This document shows, in pieces, positions 23,101-30,081 of a DNA stretch of 64,000 nucleotides. Both the position numbers and the translations under genes were made by a program. The DNA is taken from the NCBI GenBank assembly GCA_000165345.1, contig CM000435.1:1024001-1088000 (forward strand), in the 5' to 3' direction. The first letter of the stretch is position 1, and every line of letters begins with the position of its first letter. Under the pieces are notes generated by a model. The model worked only from the letters and a program-made list of their open reading frames with translations. It was not told the origin of the DNA and ran no database searches.

Positions 23101-23415
23101 AGAATCGTATGGAATCACTCCAATCTCATAAATTGTTTGCTTTAATGGATGAAAATATCCAGGAACTGAGTCAATAATACATTCCTCTCCCTTATGACAG
23201 AAATAATTCTTTTCTTGTGTTCCAGCAAGTCCAGTACAAAGCTTGTTAAAACATAGTCTTCCTGAACAATCTTGAGACGAAACACATTTTCTGATCTCAA
23301 TCAATTTCCCTAAATCTGGTCCATGCAAATTGCTCCTCACCAGACCTAATGCAGCAAGGCCTAAAAATATATATAAATGAAGTCCTTCTTTAAGAACCCT
23401 ATATAACTGGCTCAT
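14167..23415 (-). CDS. Giant type I membrane glycoprotein of 3082 aa. It has a signal peptide, a very large Cys-rich ectodomain, a single C-terminal TM helix and a basic, Ser-rich cytoplasmic tail. It is a probable surface or adhesion protein.
   Basis: A real ATG at 23415 gives MSQLYRVLKEGLHLYIFLGLAALGLVRS, a signal peptide. The ectodomain contains two clusters of tandem repeats of about 22 residues with the pattern C-x-DG-[IV]-x-NG-[DE]-E-x-G-[IV]-DCGG-[SV]-C, for example CNDGIKNGDETGIDCGGSQCPTC. It also contains many Sushi/CCP-like modules of the form C..NGEW.....C. The TM segment GPALYAILFAPLILGMLILAILFWF is followed by RRYKWKK and a tail of about 110 aa. The 9.2-kb ORF is uninterrupted. 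Confidence 0.85.
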   Translation of the reverse strand: MSQLYRVLKEGLHLYIFLGLAALGLVRSNLHGPDLGKLIEIRKCVSSQDCSGRLCFNKLCTGLAGTQEKNYFCHKGEECIIDSVPGYFHPLKQTIYEIGVIPYDSECSGRSLYKYECIVTSENTCNLRIPTDVLELGRYKLCGSPFPKETTLPSKRLDFKVPTGNLLVIGFKESQNLLEKSLKQKLTIKRQLLSQEISFKNENPKICTANVPCTISGIQGFGLSENSRVMEINNSASNTCGRNLDENELIYIHKCTSYNDGTECYINSLSPKPQITTLCGCTITKNSSCTNSSDYNIYLGNVVYHRGIQKTDPDQKLREETMNSQNYTLNKERAEIRRLQKVDPCASCVNGYGLCYGNPKTCYGGFGNNPYEPPLILCVDGYDCKVKGKILGEQITSRYKVAASPMMGCGVRILGREESMFNSQNQWNCEGGNPFDCEIQFGVGRRYNRSEINSNTMLLCGCPDFASVGMPCDDPAEFYFPVAQVRVVECTDNTHCMHNALASCNLDTNQCQGVLPSVAQIGLGTMQCLSRQSCTIANIGQFIGGEMYRVIQTAPYVKCGANVALDPDYYQKVQAQMENTGPGGMGLPCIVQSEESQGGDPNLPKSNNCAINLGTNAILGVNRLCGCSGVDRDGNGIPCDSAEDFDTDLGLLNVGECNTDKDCKPGQVCTEHKCLNDQLLPYPTGFFPLNHSTLIPPVKQLVIRFNENIEYPKNWQPRRLVISSNVYYRTRPLEIPISPPQKESRSNNHHQQLPVMNNEEKTRNSESTRWTWWNKSKNQGSSSGSNSAPFTAPVLYTADVRDQKIVVSFDSRTPLPEDNYVVGLEAGAISDLHGNPNDGIPFWTFTISRNASCPYMYLTGFSTNNGNVNGLYMPWKAPKNGKAVWNGGERKQFYIYYSILDSESKNGTWVIDRDLDSSDILSFAESVLPEPNNHIPPDGKSTKWKKWVSINPEEEPEWIEHGDISIICRSFPEKSPPSLIAIHPPLGSVDVSPNNTEIKLTFNRAMNYGHWAWFNITGRTTGHLIHIPTDFEAKNRGISIISNQTSDVILRPYENLVEGEVYDITAELGALTDLTYQPWGNVGPNQLFFTTSGESCKELDLLSFYEHNDITRYQLEYSHSPRSDRGSSDQILFPPGTNAKLKCSSGFSTKKVLELESFSHDQERDQEDSDEKKDETEEVGSFGCVRGKWEVIKRIHCYQKCKPYPISSSSSQNYIIQSNSASGNPSSESEDHESEYLNGSKLLVKCVGTEGSEVITCKDGVWSALTLICGTSCPPYSLPNENYVFKYEKDRVKHTPGSEITISCSKNSDKLIQYPDEKMKIDRENNEFKITCSEGRWESENQYKCFKKCIPISESTVSSEKSLVIDYSEEISFGYLKHGSMARIKCSENWSPMGQFGETIFGCYDGSWFALDKDLSPTNVLTSNSLPDELSCERKCKDMEIFSNKAYKIENLALERGLPGSKVRISCERDFGSVQIGTRTNDIVECLNGVWGIPKTICMNHCEPPEQVLGKAYSINNELGSVKRKGMYVHGTRLVISCSDQGTLIQGGELHQTASCTNGEWIFDNVLICASKCSTLKLPARYLIRSQNNSDFSADTGDIRIVACTKPGNSDIEETIVCKNGEWKPSIPSIDCFSNCNLEDLEPLREFFEILNIGEGRRTLVHGDSVKIRCKKGYVRKTGPLRDSLKCYNGVFQVPTLICERPSCFDGIQNQGEFGVDCGGVCEKKCPDTCFDGVLNGDETSIDCGGSCGTKNCPKCNDGIKNGDETGIDCGGSQCPTCEPCHGFPLSKLPEGTMLSVDGGFSYIEDIQKESLLIDNMAIASGSELHIRCIPGWEQDESLKSKLQILACNDGKWSLPGPDERMSLKCAAPSCEDSIQNGDEWGVDCGGSCENHCSSCNDGIKNGDETGIDCGGSSCRKCNSCDPEFIFRLESSGKYILSGNSLREEVPNHGSKLVVGCSSREASVTLTCNDGEWVNRESVKSLPCGRNGLLKVSQATNMIEEDILNFPLENFANCQQNSGKCCKLIRRFSEVWGGECGTMYRQGRDTTIKTFCKGKCMSLLKESLNEYKKEASDLTIEDRNLEYNMLSMECVAANSISNIIEYHLCQSSDLKDVCSFSFHETLMIVNEPSLLLGQTKTLKEICKKDSCHRRNLRLIHALSHLSKITGQNKNEDIDQKTEGSFVRRQNSIYQMSKDDHLYGVSNINEGFWKQIILSQSEKSLNLLCLSVKGLSNPKEKYSCINSVSEMIASDRSSVNWLLSLIQEKDEKEKESEKDTKKKQNLMNMCIRNLPEDSCLFFGTRIFGQLLLEVGNETNNLRMRQAGLLYRSFGRYFCQEAVNNRFCGQFLFGGIKNSSDWWDSFRASIFGNISQKDICSPYHINFGCSPHCKKKLLDQLNNRGCCFAAQLEIQRGILGIENDNPKLNSERSVDYLEQRCGFSMDRVCSSGVKTDLIILEFIYKDLNYFEISNSIQEEILRNSIRETVSSFLSIPISDIPRIRAWPGSYVVEVLIDSGLSSRTVLMTLEEGLEQLANELNKIDSLDRDFGIKVSKSTISHSRSLSTSISPPPPYVGTFDMDSLSNQLDFPNCPKPSLGILGIEDQEEGYEINGDNSLKQGAFRNVACSYNYHPVSPSPASQPFICDNGRWRITQHEAKILCKKACKPFNLLSFSLPDLGQSNLDDKNNNKYIYNSNTNQKQLYTNIGYSGDMYSSLNPYQNQINSPSSFSQFIISGVGNDHGSTRSISCSAGYVSDNPEIDSETFQCINGKWESNSEERFNCVKGAEASLKYCRTSFLSNVLGTEKFMVEELFDLSSSKGEDWKVFKVTCSRGYEAKIEPILLACNNGNFYNIPGDTVTISKSNDMDFIHNLILKTVYGITYSESLNLPLSHGSLPKIPSISFYRSNFKEQDEMDSESETNIFSIIECVPKQVMKLSESKGLSGPALYAILFAPLILGMLILAILFWFRRYKWKKNLEDDQNTEVKKQTLAILDVKRKNNLCDIETASPASELEKMSNQESSFLSKIQSPSEKRYSKGSKHISHTLSGQGIHDKPSLELTKFKGRKNYKGEKTASEGKGLRQKGVLL

Positions 23416-23798
23416 TTCTCTCCTATGAAGAAGCTCATAGAGAACAAAGGAACCTGTTAAAGCTTAATAAAAGTCTATCTTTAGCTATAAAAGTTACAAG
23501 AGAATCGGAACTAGACGAAGTAAAATTCCAGTACATGCGTTCCAACCCGTTTACGAGCATGGATGATTTTAGATTCAATAGTGCGCTTTTGAAAGTAAAA
23601 CCTTTTAAACATCATTTTCTAAATGAGAAGGAAGTTAATAAGGATTTCAAGACACATTTAAATAACAATTACAAGGTTAATTGTCTTTTTGATCCAGTTA
23701 TTAAACAATTTTGAGCAAGTTATGTAAATGACTTTAGGCGGGCACTTTGAAATATAAAATTTCCATCTGTGTAGAATATCAATAGGAATAAAGGAAAT

Positions 23799-24479
23799 AT
23801 GGGGATTTGGGGAAGCAAGGTTGATATAAAGGATGAGGTAAACAAGAACAAAAGAGCAGTTTCGAAGGCAATTCGCGAAGTTGACAGGGAAATTCAAAAG
23901 CTTGAGCAGGAGGAAGCCAAATTGATGAGGGAACTTCGAATAGCTGTGGAAAAAGGTTATACAGAATCTGCAAAGATTTTTAGCAGAGACATTCTGAAAT
24001 TGAGAAAGCAGATGGAGAGATTGAGTTTAGCAAGGAGCCAACTTATGGGGGCAGAGCTAAGACTTACCTCTGTAAAGAGTCAGCTTCAAGTAAACAGCGC
24101 GATTTCTGATCTAAATTCAATAATGGGAAGGGTCAATGATTCAACAGAAATTTCCAGGATACAAGGGATTTTGAAGAACTTTGCTAGAGAATCAGATAAG
24201 ATGGATGTAAAAGGGGAGATAATTAATGATTCAATAGATGTAGCTATGGGAAACGAGTCCCAGCCTGAGGAGGAAGAGGCTTTAGTGAACAAAATATATA
24301 TGGAAGTGTGCGAATCAGTGAGACAAGGGAAAGAAAAAGAGTTAGCCAAAGCCAACGCCAAAGGTCCAAATATCAACAATTTGTTATCTTATAGTTCTTC
24401 TAATAAAGATAATCCTGGAGATGAAGGTTCAGGAATTTCAATTGAAGAAAGAATTAAAAAACTTGGTGAAGATAGATAG
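23799..24479 (+). CDS. ESCRT-III subunit of the Snf7 family, of the Vps2/CHMP2 class
   Basis: The stretch REVDREIQKLEQEEAKLMRELR matches CHMP2 RELDRERQKLETQEKK. The stretch EIINDSIDVAMGNESQPEEEE matches CHMP2 EEMMNDAIDDAMGDEEDEEE. The protein is 226 aa with a basic N-terminal half and an acidic C-terminal half. Confidence 0.7.
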   Translation: MGIWGSKVDIKDEVNKNKRAVSKAIREVDREIQKLEQEEAKLMRELRIAVEKGYTESAKIFSRDILKLRKQMERLSLARSQLMGAELRLTSVKSQLQVNSAISDLNSIMGRVNDSTEISRIQGILKNFARESDKMDVKGEIINDSIDVAMGNESQPEEEEALVNKIYMEVCESVRQGKEKELAKANAKGPNINNLLSYSSSNKDNPGDEGSGISIEERIKKLGEDR

Positions 24480-24591
24480 ATTTAGGCTGGAAAAGTTTAT
24501 TTCCAGATATCTATTAGCTGACTCTTTATAATGCTGAATTTCTATAACTTTTCTTTAATTTTTTCTGATTACCTTTATATTTGAAAATGAG

Positions 24592-24599
24592 TTCCCGCC
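24592..24599. promoter_or_regulatory. E2F-like TTCCCGCC motif upstream of the LSm5 gene
   Basis: The string gagttcccgcctaatt was read in the 205-nt intergenic region. Confidence 0.35.
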
Positions 24600-24684
24600 T
24601 AATTAATAGTAAATGTTGAGGTCCTATGACATCAAAAAGAGTGAAAGTTTGAACTGGATGAAATAAAGTTATAAAGTAAATTAC

Positions 24685-25032
24685 ATGAGCGAGACACCAG
24701 CTAATAAATCTCAGGGAGGAAGTAATCAGAAGGGAGGGAATATAATCCTTCCATTAGCACTGATAGACAAGTGTATTGGGAATAGAATATATGTGGTGAT
24801 GAAAGGAGATAAAGAGTTTAGTGGAGTGCTAAGAGGATTTGACGAATATGTAAATATGGTATTGGATGATGTTCAGGAGTATGGGTTTAAGGCAGATGAG
24901 GAGGACATATCAGGAGGAAACAAGAAGTTAAAAAGAGTGATGGTGAATCGTTTAGAGACTATATTGTTGAGTGGGAATAATGTAGCAATGTTGGTTCCTG
25001 GAGGGGATCCAGACAGCTTTAACTTTTCTTAG
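24685..25032 (+). CDS. LSM5: U6 snRNA-associated Sm-like protein LSm5
   Basis: The stretch [45 protein letters not shown]...[15 protein letters not shown] is nearly collinear with LSm5: [45 protein letters not shown]...ILLNGNNITMLVPGG. Confidence 0.8.
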   Translation: MSETPANKSQGGSNQKGGNIILPLALIDKCIGNRIYVVMKGDKEFSGVLRGFDEYVNMVLDDVQEYGFKADEEDISGGNKKLKRVMVNRLETILLSGNNVAMLVPGGDPDSFNFS

Positions 25033-25072
25033 ATTATAGTTTTTGGATAGAAATTAGTAGGAGATTAATTAA

Positions 25073-26281
25073 TTATAAGTTTTTGTTATTTTCTAAAAGG
25101 TGGGGTCTGAGTAAGGCTAATGTAAGTCCGATCGCTTCTTCTGTTCTTATGGTTCTGGATCTTTGCTCTGGACATATATTAATGTACATGTCAAATAAAG
25201 AGGAAGGATTTTTGACCTTGTCTAGAGAGCATTGAGGATCGCTAAGAACATCTTCAAGGCCTCCAAGGCCACCAAACACTATAAGTATGTGTTTAAAACT
25301 TTGTGATTTCGAGTCTTTGCCTTTAGTAGAGAGTTTAAAGTTGTTGTCAACAGGTTCACCTCTCTCAGAAGTTCCTATCTTCAAATCGTACCCTTCTTCG
25401 TATTCTGAGTCATTGAAAACGCTCTTTAATGAGTTTGCTGGTCGAACTTTGTATCCCCAATATATTCCTTTTTTTCTATAAGGAGTTGAGTCATCAACCA
25501 GCTTACCAGTAAAATAGGATTTAATTTCGGAATACCTTCCAAACTTATTAAAGTCAGAACAGAGTTTTTTATGAAGACTTTCTGACTCTTTTGACATTTT
25601 GATAGTGATTCTGGTGTTATTTTCAAGTTTAGTTTCAATCCAAGCTTCAACAGGAAGTCCACAATTAACCCAACTTCCCTTATTTTTATGTTCCGGCGAA
25701 ATAGTTCCTTTAAAGAGCTTTGGGCCTGGAACTATTACTCCCTGTCTGTAAGGAAGCCATTCAGAAATTCTCATATGGTGAGGAGCGTCAATTGGATTCT
25801 GTAAACCTGCAAACTTAAAATCGTTATCAAACTTAAAAAGGGTCTTTCTGAGGTATTGAGGGGTCTCCAGATACTTTAAATTCTTCACAAAAAACTCCAT
25901 CCATTTTGAACAAGCAAACTCTACCCATTCCTTTGAGGACCTATTCTCATTATCTGTTACATCTTTACATTTATCCTCGTAAATAATGATTTCGTCCACA
26001 CCAAATACAGAAATTATCCTGGCAATTTGGCCAACTAAGTAGGCTCTCAGCTCAAAAGATTGGGCATTTCCAGCAATAGATGCTGGAATTGCAACGCTTA
26101 ATGTAGCTTTTGATGGACTTCCTGCAAATGGTATCTTTGAAAGGATATCATCATTTCCTTCCGAACTAGATTGAAGACTAGCCTGGGATTCGTTTTGTCT
26201 CCTACTCCCGGATCTTTCCCTTGAGCTTGGACTATTCTTAGACTGCCCTTGTCTATTTTTAATAGTCTTTTTAGCGTCCAT
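25073..26281 (-). CDS. SPOUT-class methyltransferase, a homolog of the C9orf114/SPOUT1 (DUF171) family
   Basis: The stretch LSVAIPASIAGNAQSFELRAYLVGQIARIISVFGVDEIIIYED matches the DUF171 N-terminal block. The C-terminal stretch HILIVFGGLGGLEDV....RTEEAIGLTLALLRP is typical of the SPOUT knot region. A real ATG is present. Confidence 0.6.
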   Translation of the reverse strand: MDAKKTIKNRQGQSKNSPSSRERSGSRRQNESQASLQSSSEGNDDILSKIPFAGSPSKATLSVAIPASIAGNAQSFELRAYLVGQIARIISVFGVDEIIIYEDKCKDVTDNENRSSKEWVEFACSKWMEFFVKNLKYLETPQYLRKTLFKFDNDFKFAGLQNPIDAPHHMRISEWLPYRQGVIVPGPKLFKGTISPEHKNKGSWVNCGLPVEAWIETKLENNTRITIKMSKESESLHKKLCSDFNKFGRYSEIKSYFTGKLVDDSTPYRKKGIYWGYKVRPANSLKSVFNDSEYEEGYDLKIGTSERGEPVDNNFKLSTKGKDSKSQSFKHILIVFGGLGGLEDVLSDPQCSLDKVKNPSSLFDMYINICPEQRSRTIRTEEAIGLTLALLRPHLLENNKNL

Positions 26282-26322
26282 CTTTAATTTGTTTAAAGAT
26301 TTCTAAATGTCAATAACAGATA

Positions 26323-26338
26323 TTGGCGCCGGCGCCAA
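26323..26338. promoter_or_regulatory. Perfect 16-bp palindrome TTGGCGCCGGCGCCAA. It comprises two overlapping E2F-like sites and sits in the 99-bp divergent promoter between SPOUT1 and DDX41.
   Basis: The palindrome was read directly at 26323..26338. It is centred in the inter-ATG spacer. Confidence 0.5.
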
Positions 26339-26380
26339 CTCTTCCAAATATGGGGATTTAATAAGTGGGTATTTAGTGCA

Positions 26381-28093
26381 ATGGATGATAACAAGAGATC
26401 TCTGTATGCAATTTCGAGGTCTATAAGAGATGAGGAGGAAAAAAAGCGGAAATTGAACCCTCATTACTCTTTAGATACTTTAAAAGCAGAGGAGGAAAAG
26501 TTATTAGCAGCTGTGAACCAATCATACAATGCACCTTTAAAAGCAGTTCATGAGATTGCTAAAGGAATAACTTTTTCTAAGCGTGAGGAAACTTCCTGGA
26601 GGGTTCCAAAAAAATATTCAAGTCTATCAGCATCTGAATGTCAGGATCTCAGATCCCGTTTGCTAATTGTTGTTAATGGTTCTGATGTACCTCCTCCGAT
26701 ATTATCTTTCAAAGATATGGGGTTTCCCCAAGAAATTTTAGACGCTTTAGCAAGTAAGGGGATTTCTAAACCCTCTCAGATTCAAATGCAAGGTCTACCT
26801 ATAATACTCATGGGAAGAGATTTGATAGGGCTTGCTTTTACAGGAAGTGGGAAAACTATAGTTTTTGTTCTTCCTATGATAATGTTTTCTCTAGAGGCTG
26901 AGTTAAGCCTTCCATTTAAAGGAATGGAAGGCCCTCATTCTCTTGTTCTTTGTCCATCTAGAGAGCTTGCTCTACAAATTAAGAGAATTATTGATGAGTT
27001 TATTGAATTTTTAACAGGAAAGTCGAATAAAAGTGACGAGTATTCTTCTAATCCAAGAAATACAAAATATCCAGAATTAAGGGTTTCTTGCGTTATTGGA
27101 GGAGAGGATTCTGGAAAGCAGCTTGCAGAATATAAAATGAAGGGTATACACATGATGGTAGCAACACCTGGAAGATTGGCAGATTTACTGAAAAGACGAA
27201 AAGTGACTCTACAACAATGCGAGTATTTTTGTATGGATGAAGCTGACAGGCTTACTGAACAAGGATTTGATGAACATTTAAGATACATTTTTGATAGTTT
27301 CTATGAGAGAAGACAAACGGTTTTATTTTCAGCAACAATGCCTAGAAAGACTCAAGAGTTTGCTCAAACTGCTTTAATTGATCCAGTTGTAGTAAATGTA
27401 GGTAGAGCAGGAGCAGCAAATTTAAGAGTAATTCAGGAATTCGAATATGTTAGACAGGAGCGTAGACTCGTTAGTTTGCTATCATGTTTGCAAAAGACTG
27501 CACCTAGAGTATTAATATTCAGTGAAAATAAAAAAGATGTGGATGAAATTCACGAATACTTACTATTAAAAGGAGTGAATGCAGTGGCAATACATGGAGG
27601 TCTTACTCAAGAACAACGTTTCAGATCTATTGAAAAGTTTAGAAATGGGGAAATGGATGTACTTGTTGGGACTGATGTGGCATCAAAAGGATTAGACTTT
27701 GAAAATATTCAACATGTAATAAATTTTGATATGCCAAAAGAGATTGAAAATTATGTTCATAGAATTGGGAGAACAGGGAGAGGAGGTTCTGTAGGAGTGT
27801 CAACCACGTTTATAGATAATACTCTACCAGAAGCATTATTATGTGATCTAAAAGCTTTATTAATAGAAGCAAAACAAGAAATTCCTCCATTTTTAGAACA
27901 GTTTGATAGCACAAATACTTCCCTTCAGGAGATTGGAGGAGTTAGAGGTTGTGCATATTGTGGTGGACTTGGACATCGTATTGGTCAGTGTACTAAACTT
28001 TTAGAGTTACAAAGAAAAACCCAGTCTGGAGCTCCTAAAGATGCTCTCTCACTTGGAGCTAGATATACAAGTTCAAATAAAGAAGATTGGTAG
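26381..28093 (+). CDS. DDX41: DEAD-box RNA helicase DDX41/Abstrakt ortholog with a C-terminal CCHC zinc knuckle
   Basis: Motif I is AFTGSGKT, motif II is DEAD (MDEADR), SAT is present, and motif VI is HRIGRTGR. There is a long collinear match to human DDX41, for example LIFSENKKDVDEIHEYLLLKGVNAVAIHGG and VINFDMPKEIENYVHRIGRTGR. The C-terminal CAYCGGLGHRIGQC is a CCHC knuckle, as in DDX41. Confidence 0.9.
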   Translation: MDDNKRSLYAISRSIRDEEEKKRKLNPHYSLDTLKAEEEKLLAAVNQSYNAPLKAVHEIAKGITFSKREETSWRVPKKYSSLSASECQDLRSRLLIVVNGSDVPPPILSFKDMGFPQEILDALASKGISKPSQIQMQGLPIILMGRDLIGLAFTGSGKTIVFVLPMIMFSLEAELSLPFKGMEGPHSLVLCPSRELALQIKRIIDEFIEFLTGKSNKSDEYSSNPRNTKYPELRVSCVIGGEDSGKQLAEYKMKGIHMMVATPGRLADLLKRRKVTLQQCEYFCMDEADRLTEQGFDEHLRYIFDSFYERRQTVLFSATMPRKTQEFAQTALIDPVVVNVGRAGAANLRVIQEFEYVRQERRLVSLLSCLQKTAPRVLIFSENKKDVDEIHEYLLLKGVNAVAIHGGLTQEQRFRSIEKFRNGEMDVLVGTDVASKGLDFENIQHVINFDMPKEIENYVHRIGRTGRGGSVGVSTTFIDNTLPEALLCDLKALLIEAKQEIPPFLEQFDSTNTSLQEIGGVRGCAYCGGLGHRIGQCTKLLELQRKTQSGAPKDALSLGARYTSSNKEDW

Positions 28094-28266
28094 AAGTGTA
28101 GTTATTGCTTGATTTATAGTAATATATATACAAGTCTTTCAAGGGAAAGTTAATAATAAATGAGGTAAACAGGAATTAAAGTAATAAATATTAATAATTA
28201 ATGTATAAGTAGCTCTATAAACTAATATAAAAATTAGTAATTAGTTTGATTTAATTAACAAATATA

Positions 28267-29334
28267 CTATGCGGAATCACTATTAATTAGCCATATAAGA
28301 ACTTTTGAACATTCGTCCATGCATCTAACAACACGTTCTGCATTAACTTCTGGGCATGCTTTTGAAATCCAAGATTGATTTGATCCAGAAATTTCTTCAT
28401 ATGCAAATGACATAGATAGAAAGATTCCAGCATACCATACAGAACATAAGGAGACTTCTAACGCATTATATTGCATACATACATTTGGGAGTCTATAGAA
28501 ATCTTGACTTATAGTTGAAGCAAGGAGTCTAAACATTTTTAAAGATTCAAATTCCTTTCCTTCTTCCTCTCCTTCTTCACCTTCCTCAACATATTCATTG
28601 AGTTTTGGAGAATAAAGTAGGATTCTTGTAAATCTTTCGATATGTGAAAATGGTAGTTCAATAGGAACTAGGTCAAAATTTATTGCTCTAAGTAGTGCAA
28701 ATTCATAGGTTTTAATCTGCTCCATATAATGAGTGTATTCTTTTCCTGAATCCTTATATATCCAGAAACTTGAAGAAAGCTCAAGAGGTATTGGCGCACT
28801 GGATACTTGGGAAAGCGAATTAGCTTTAATAATTCTATATAGAAACCTGGATAATTCAGAAAGTTTTCTAGAACTTCGAGTTGGCTCGATATCTTCTCTA
28901 ACCTTCCAAGATAAGAGAACAGCTGCAGCCGCAATAAATTTACGATCGGTTTCAAGAATATCAAACTTTGACCAAAACTTATATATGTAATGACAGGATG
29001 TCAGAGTAGTTCCTGGTGACAGGTGTAGATTTGTACAGAGAACTGTAGCTAGCTTGCTAGTTCCCAGTAGCAGTTCTCTATATCCACTACTATTTCTAGC
29101 CAGCTGCCACAGCTCTGGCTGTGATGCTGACTTTACGTTCATTTTGACAAATTTTACTAGAATTAATATTATCAAATGTTTGGCGCCACAGGTTTCAAGT
29201 GTCTCTAAAATTCCTAAAGTTGAAATTCTGAGGGTGGTAGGTTGAAAGCGTAATAGTAGGATTGGGAGTTCAGTATAGAAAGGAGAAAACTTGTCATTAC
29301 ACTTTTTCCTTTCATTTTGTAGGAATATTTTCAT
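28267..29334 (-). CDS. Cyclin-fold protein of the transcriptional cyclin C/H/K/L/T-like class
   Basis: The stretch CHYIYKFWSKFDILETDRKFIAAAAVLLSWKVRE resembles the first cyclin box, in which xAAACLFLAxKVEE is the usual form. The stretch YEFALLRAINFDLVPIELPFSHIERF resembles the cyclin ME.xILxxLxFxL motif. A Glu/Gly-rich acidic insert is present. Confidence 0.5.
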   Translation of the reverse strand: MKIFLQNERKKCNDKFSPFYTELPILLLRFQPTTLRISTLGILETLETCGAKHLIILILVKFVKMNVKSASQPELWQLARNSSGYRELLLGTSKLATVLCTNLHLSPGTTLTSCHYIYKFWSKFDILETDRKFIAAAAVLLSWKVREDIEPTRSSRKLSELSRFLYRIIKANSLSQVSSAPIPLELSSSFWIYKDSGKEYTHYMEQIKTYEFALLRAINFDLVPIELPFSHIERFTRILLYSPKLNEYVEEGEEGEEEGKEFESLKMFRLLASTISQDFYRLPNVCMQYNALEVSLCSVWYAGIFLSMSFAYEEISGSNQSWISKACPEVNAERVVRCMDECSKVLIWLINSDSA

Positions 29335-29430
29335 TTATTGACTATTAATAATTTGTTAAATTTTAAGTGTTAAAATTTTGCATGTGGATTTTTTTTTTAA
29401 AAAGGTTAATACCGGCATTTGTTTGTTTGT

Positions 29431-29438
29431 TTGCATGC
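29431..29438. promoter_or_regulatory. TGCATGCA palindrome in the cyclin/RPA1 divergent promoter
   Basis: The string tttgcatgcatacatg was read directly. This motif class recurs in several promoters in this window. Confidence 0.35.
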
Positions 29439-30081
29439 ATACATGAAATAGTGTGGACAATTTAATTACGTAATAGAAAAAATGACCAAATGAACAATTT
29501 TTAGGTATCCAAACATAATAGAATAAAAAAAGGGGGAGTTGAAAGAGAGCGTTTTTTTTTAACATCCAGAGAATATTTTGAAGCCTGTTGAGAGGCCATC
29601 GAGCAGAAAAAGCATTATTGCTCCTTTTTTTTAATTTTCATGGAAAATCCCAAAATAAATAAATAAACAAAAAACAATAGTAACAAGAGTGGGGTTTGGT
29701 TAATTTTCTTGCATTTAAGCGGAAAAAAGCGGGCGTAAAGCCGAATTGAGTGGTTTTTGGGGCCAAGTAAAAAAAAGTCGACATCCAAATACAGATTTTG
29801 GAGAGAAATGATAGAATTTCCTTCAGAACTTCAAAGAGGAACATGTGACCAGCTTCTTTCCGGAGTAGTTTCTCCAAGTGGGTCTATTGTGGTGGTATTG
29901 GCAATAAACCTGATTCGTTCAGGGCCGAGAGCACTGTAAGTTTGTCTGATTGTTTTGGTCAAAAAGGATTTTTATTCCACACGGTTCTTTTTCTGGCCAG
30001 AAATATATAATTTGAACGATTTAACTAATTTTAAAAATTTTTTTCATTCACAGAGTCCACGTAACAGATGCAGGTTCAAAT

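Noticed and set aside
29638-29939. Two overlapping small ORFs in the cyclin/RPA1 divergent promoter
   Set aside because: They lie in a promoter region containing TGCATGCA and GC-rich elements. They have no coding signal.
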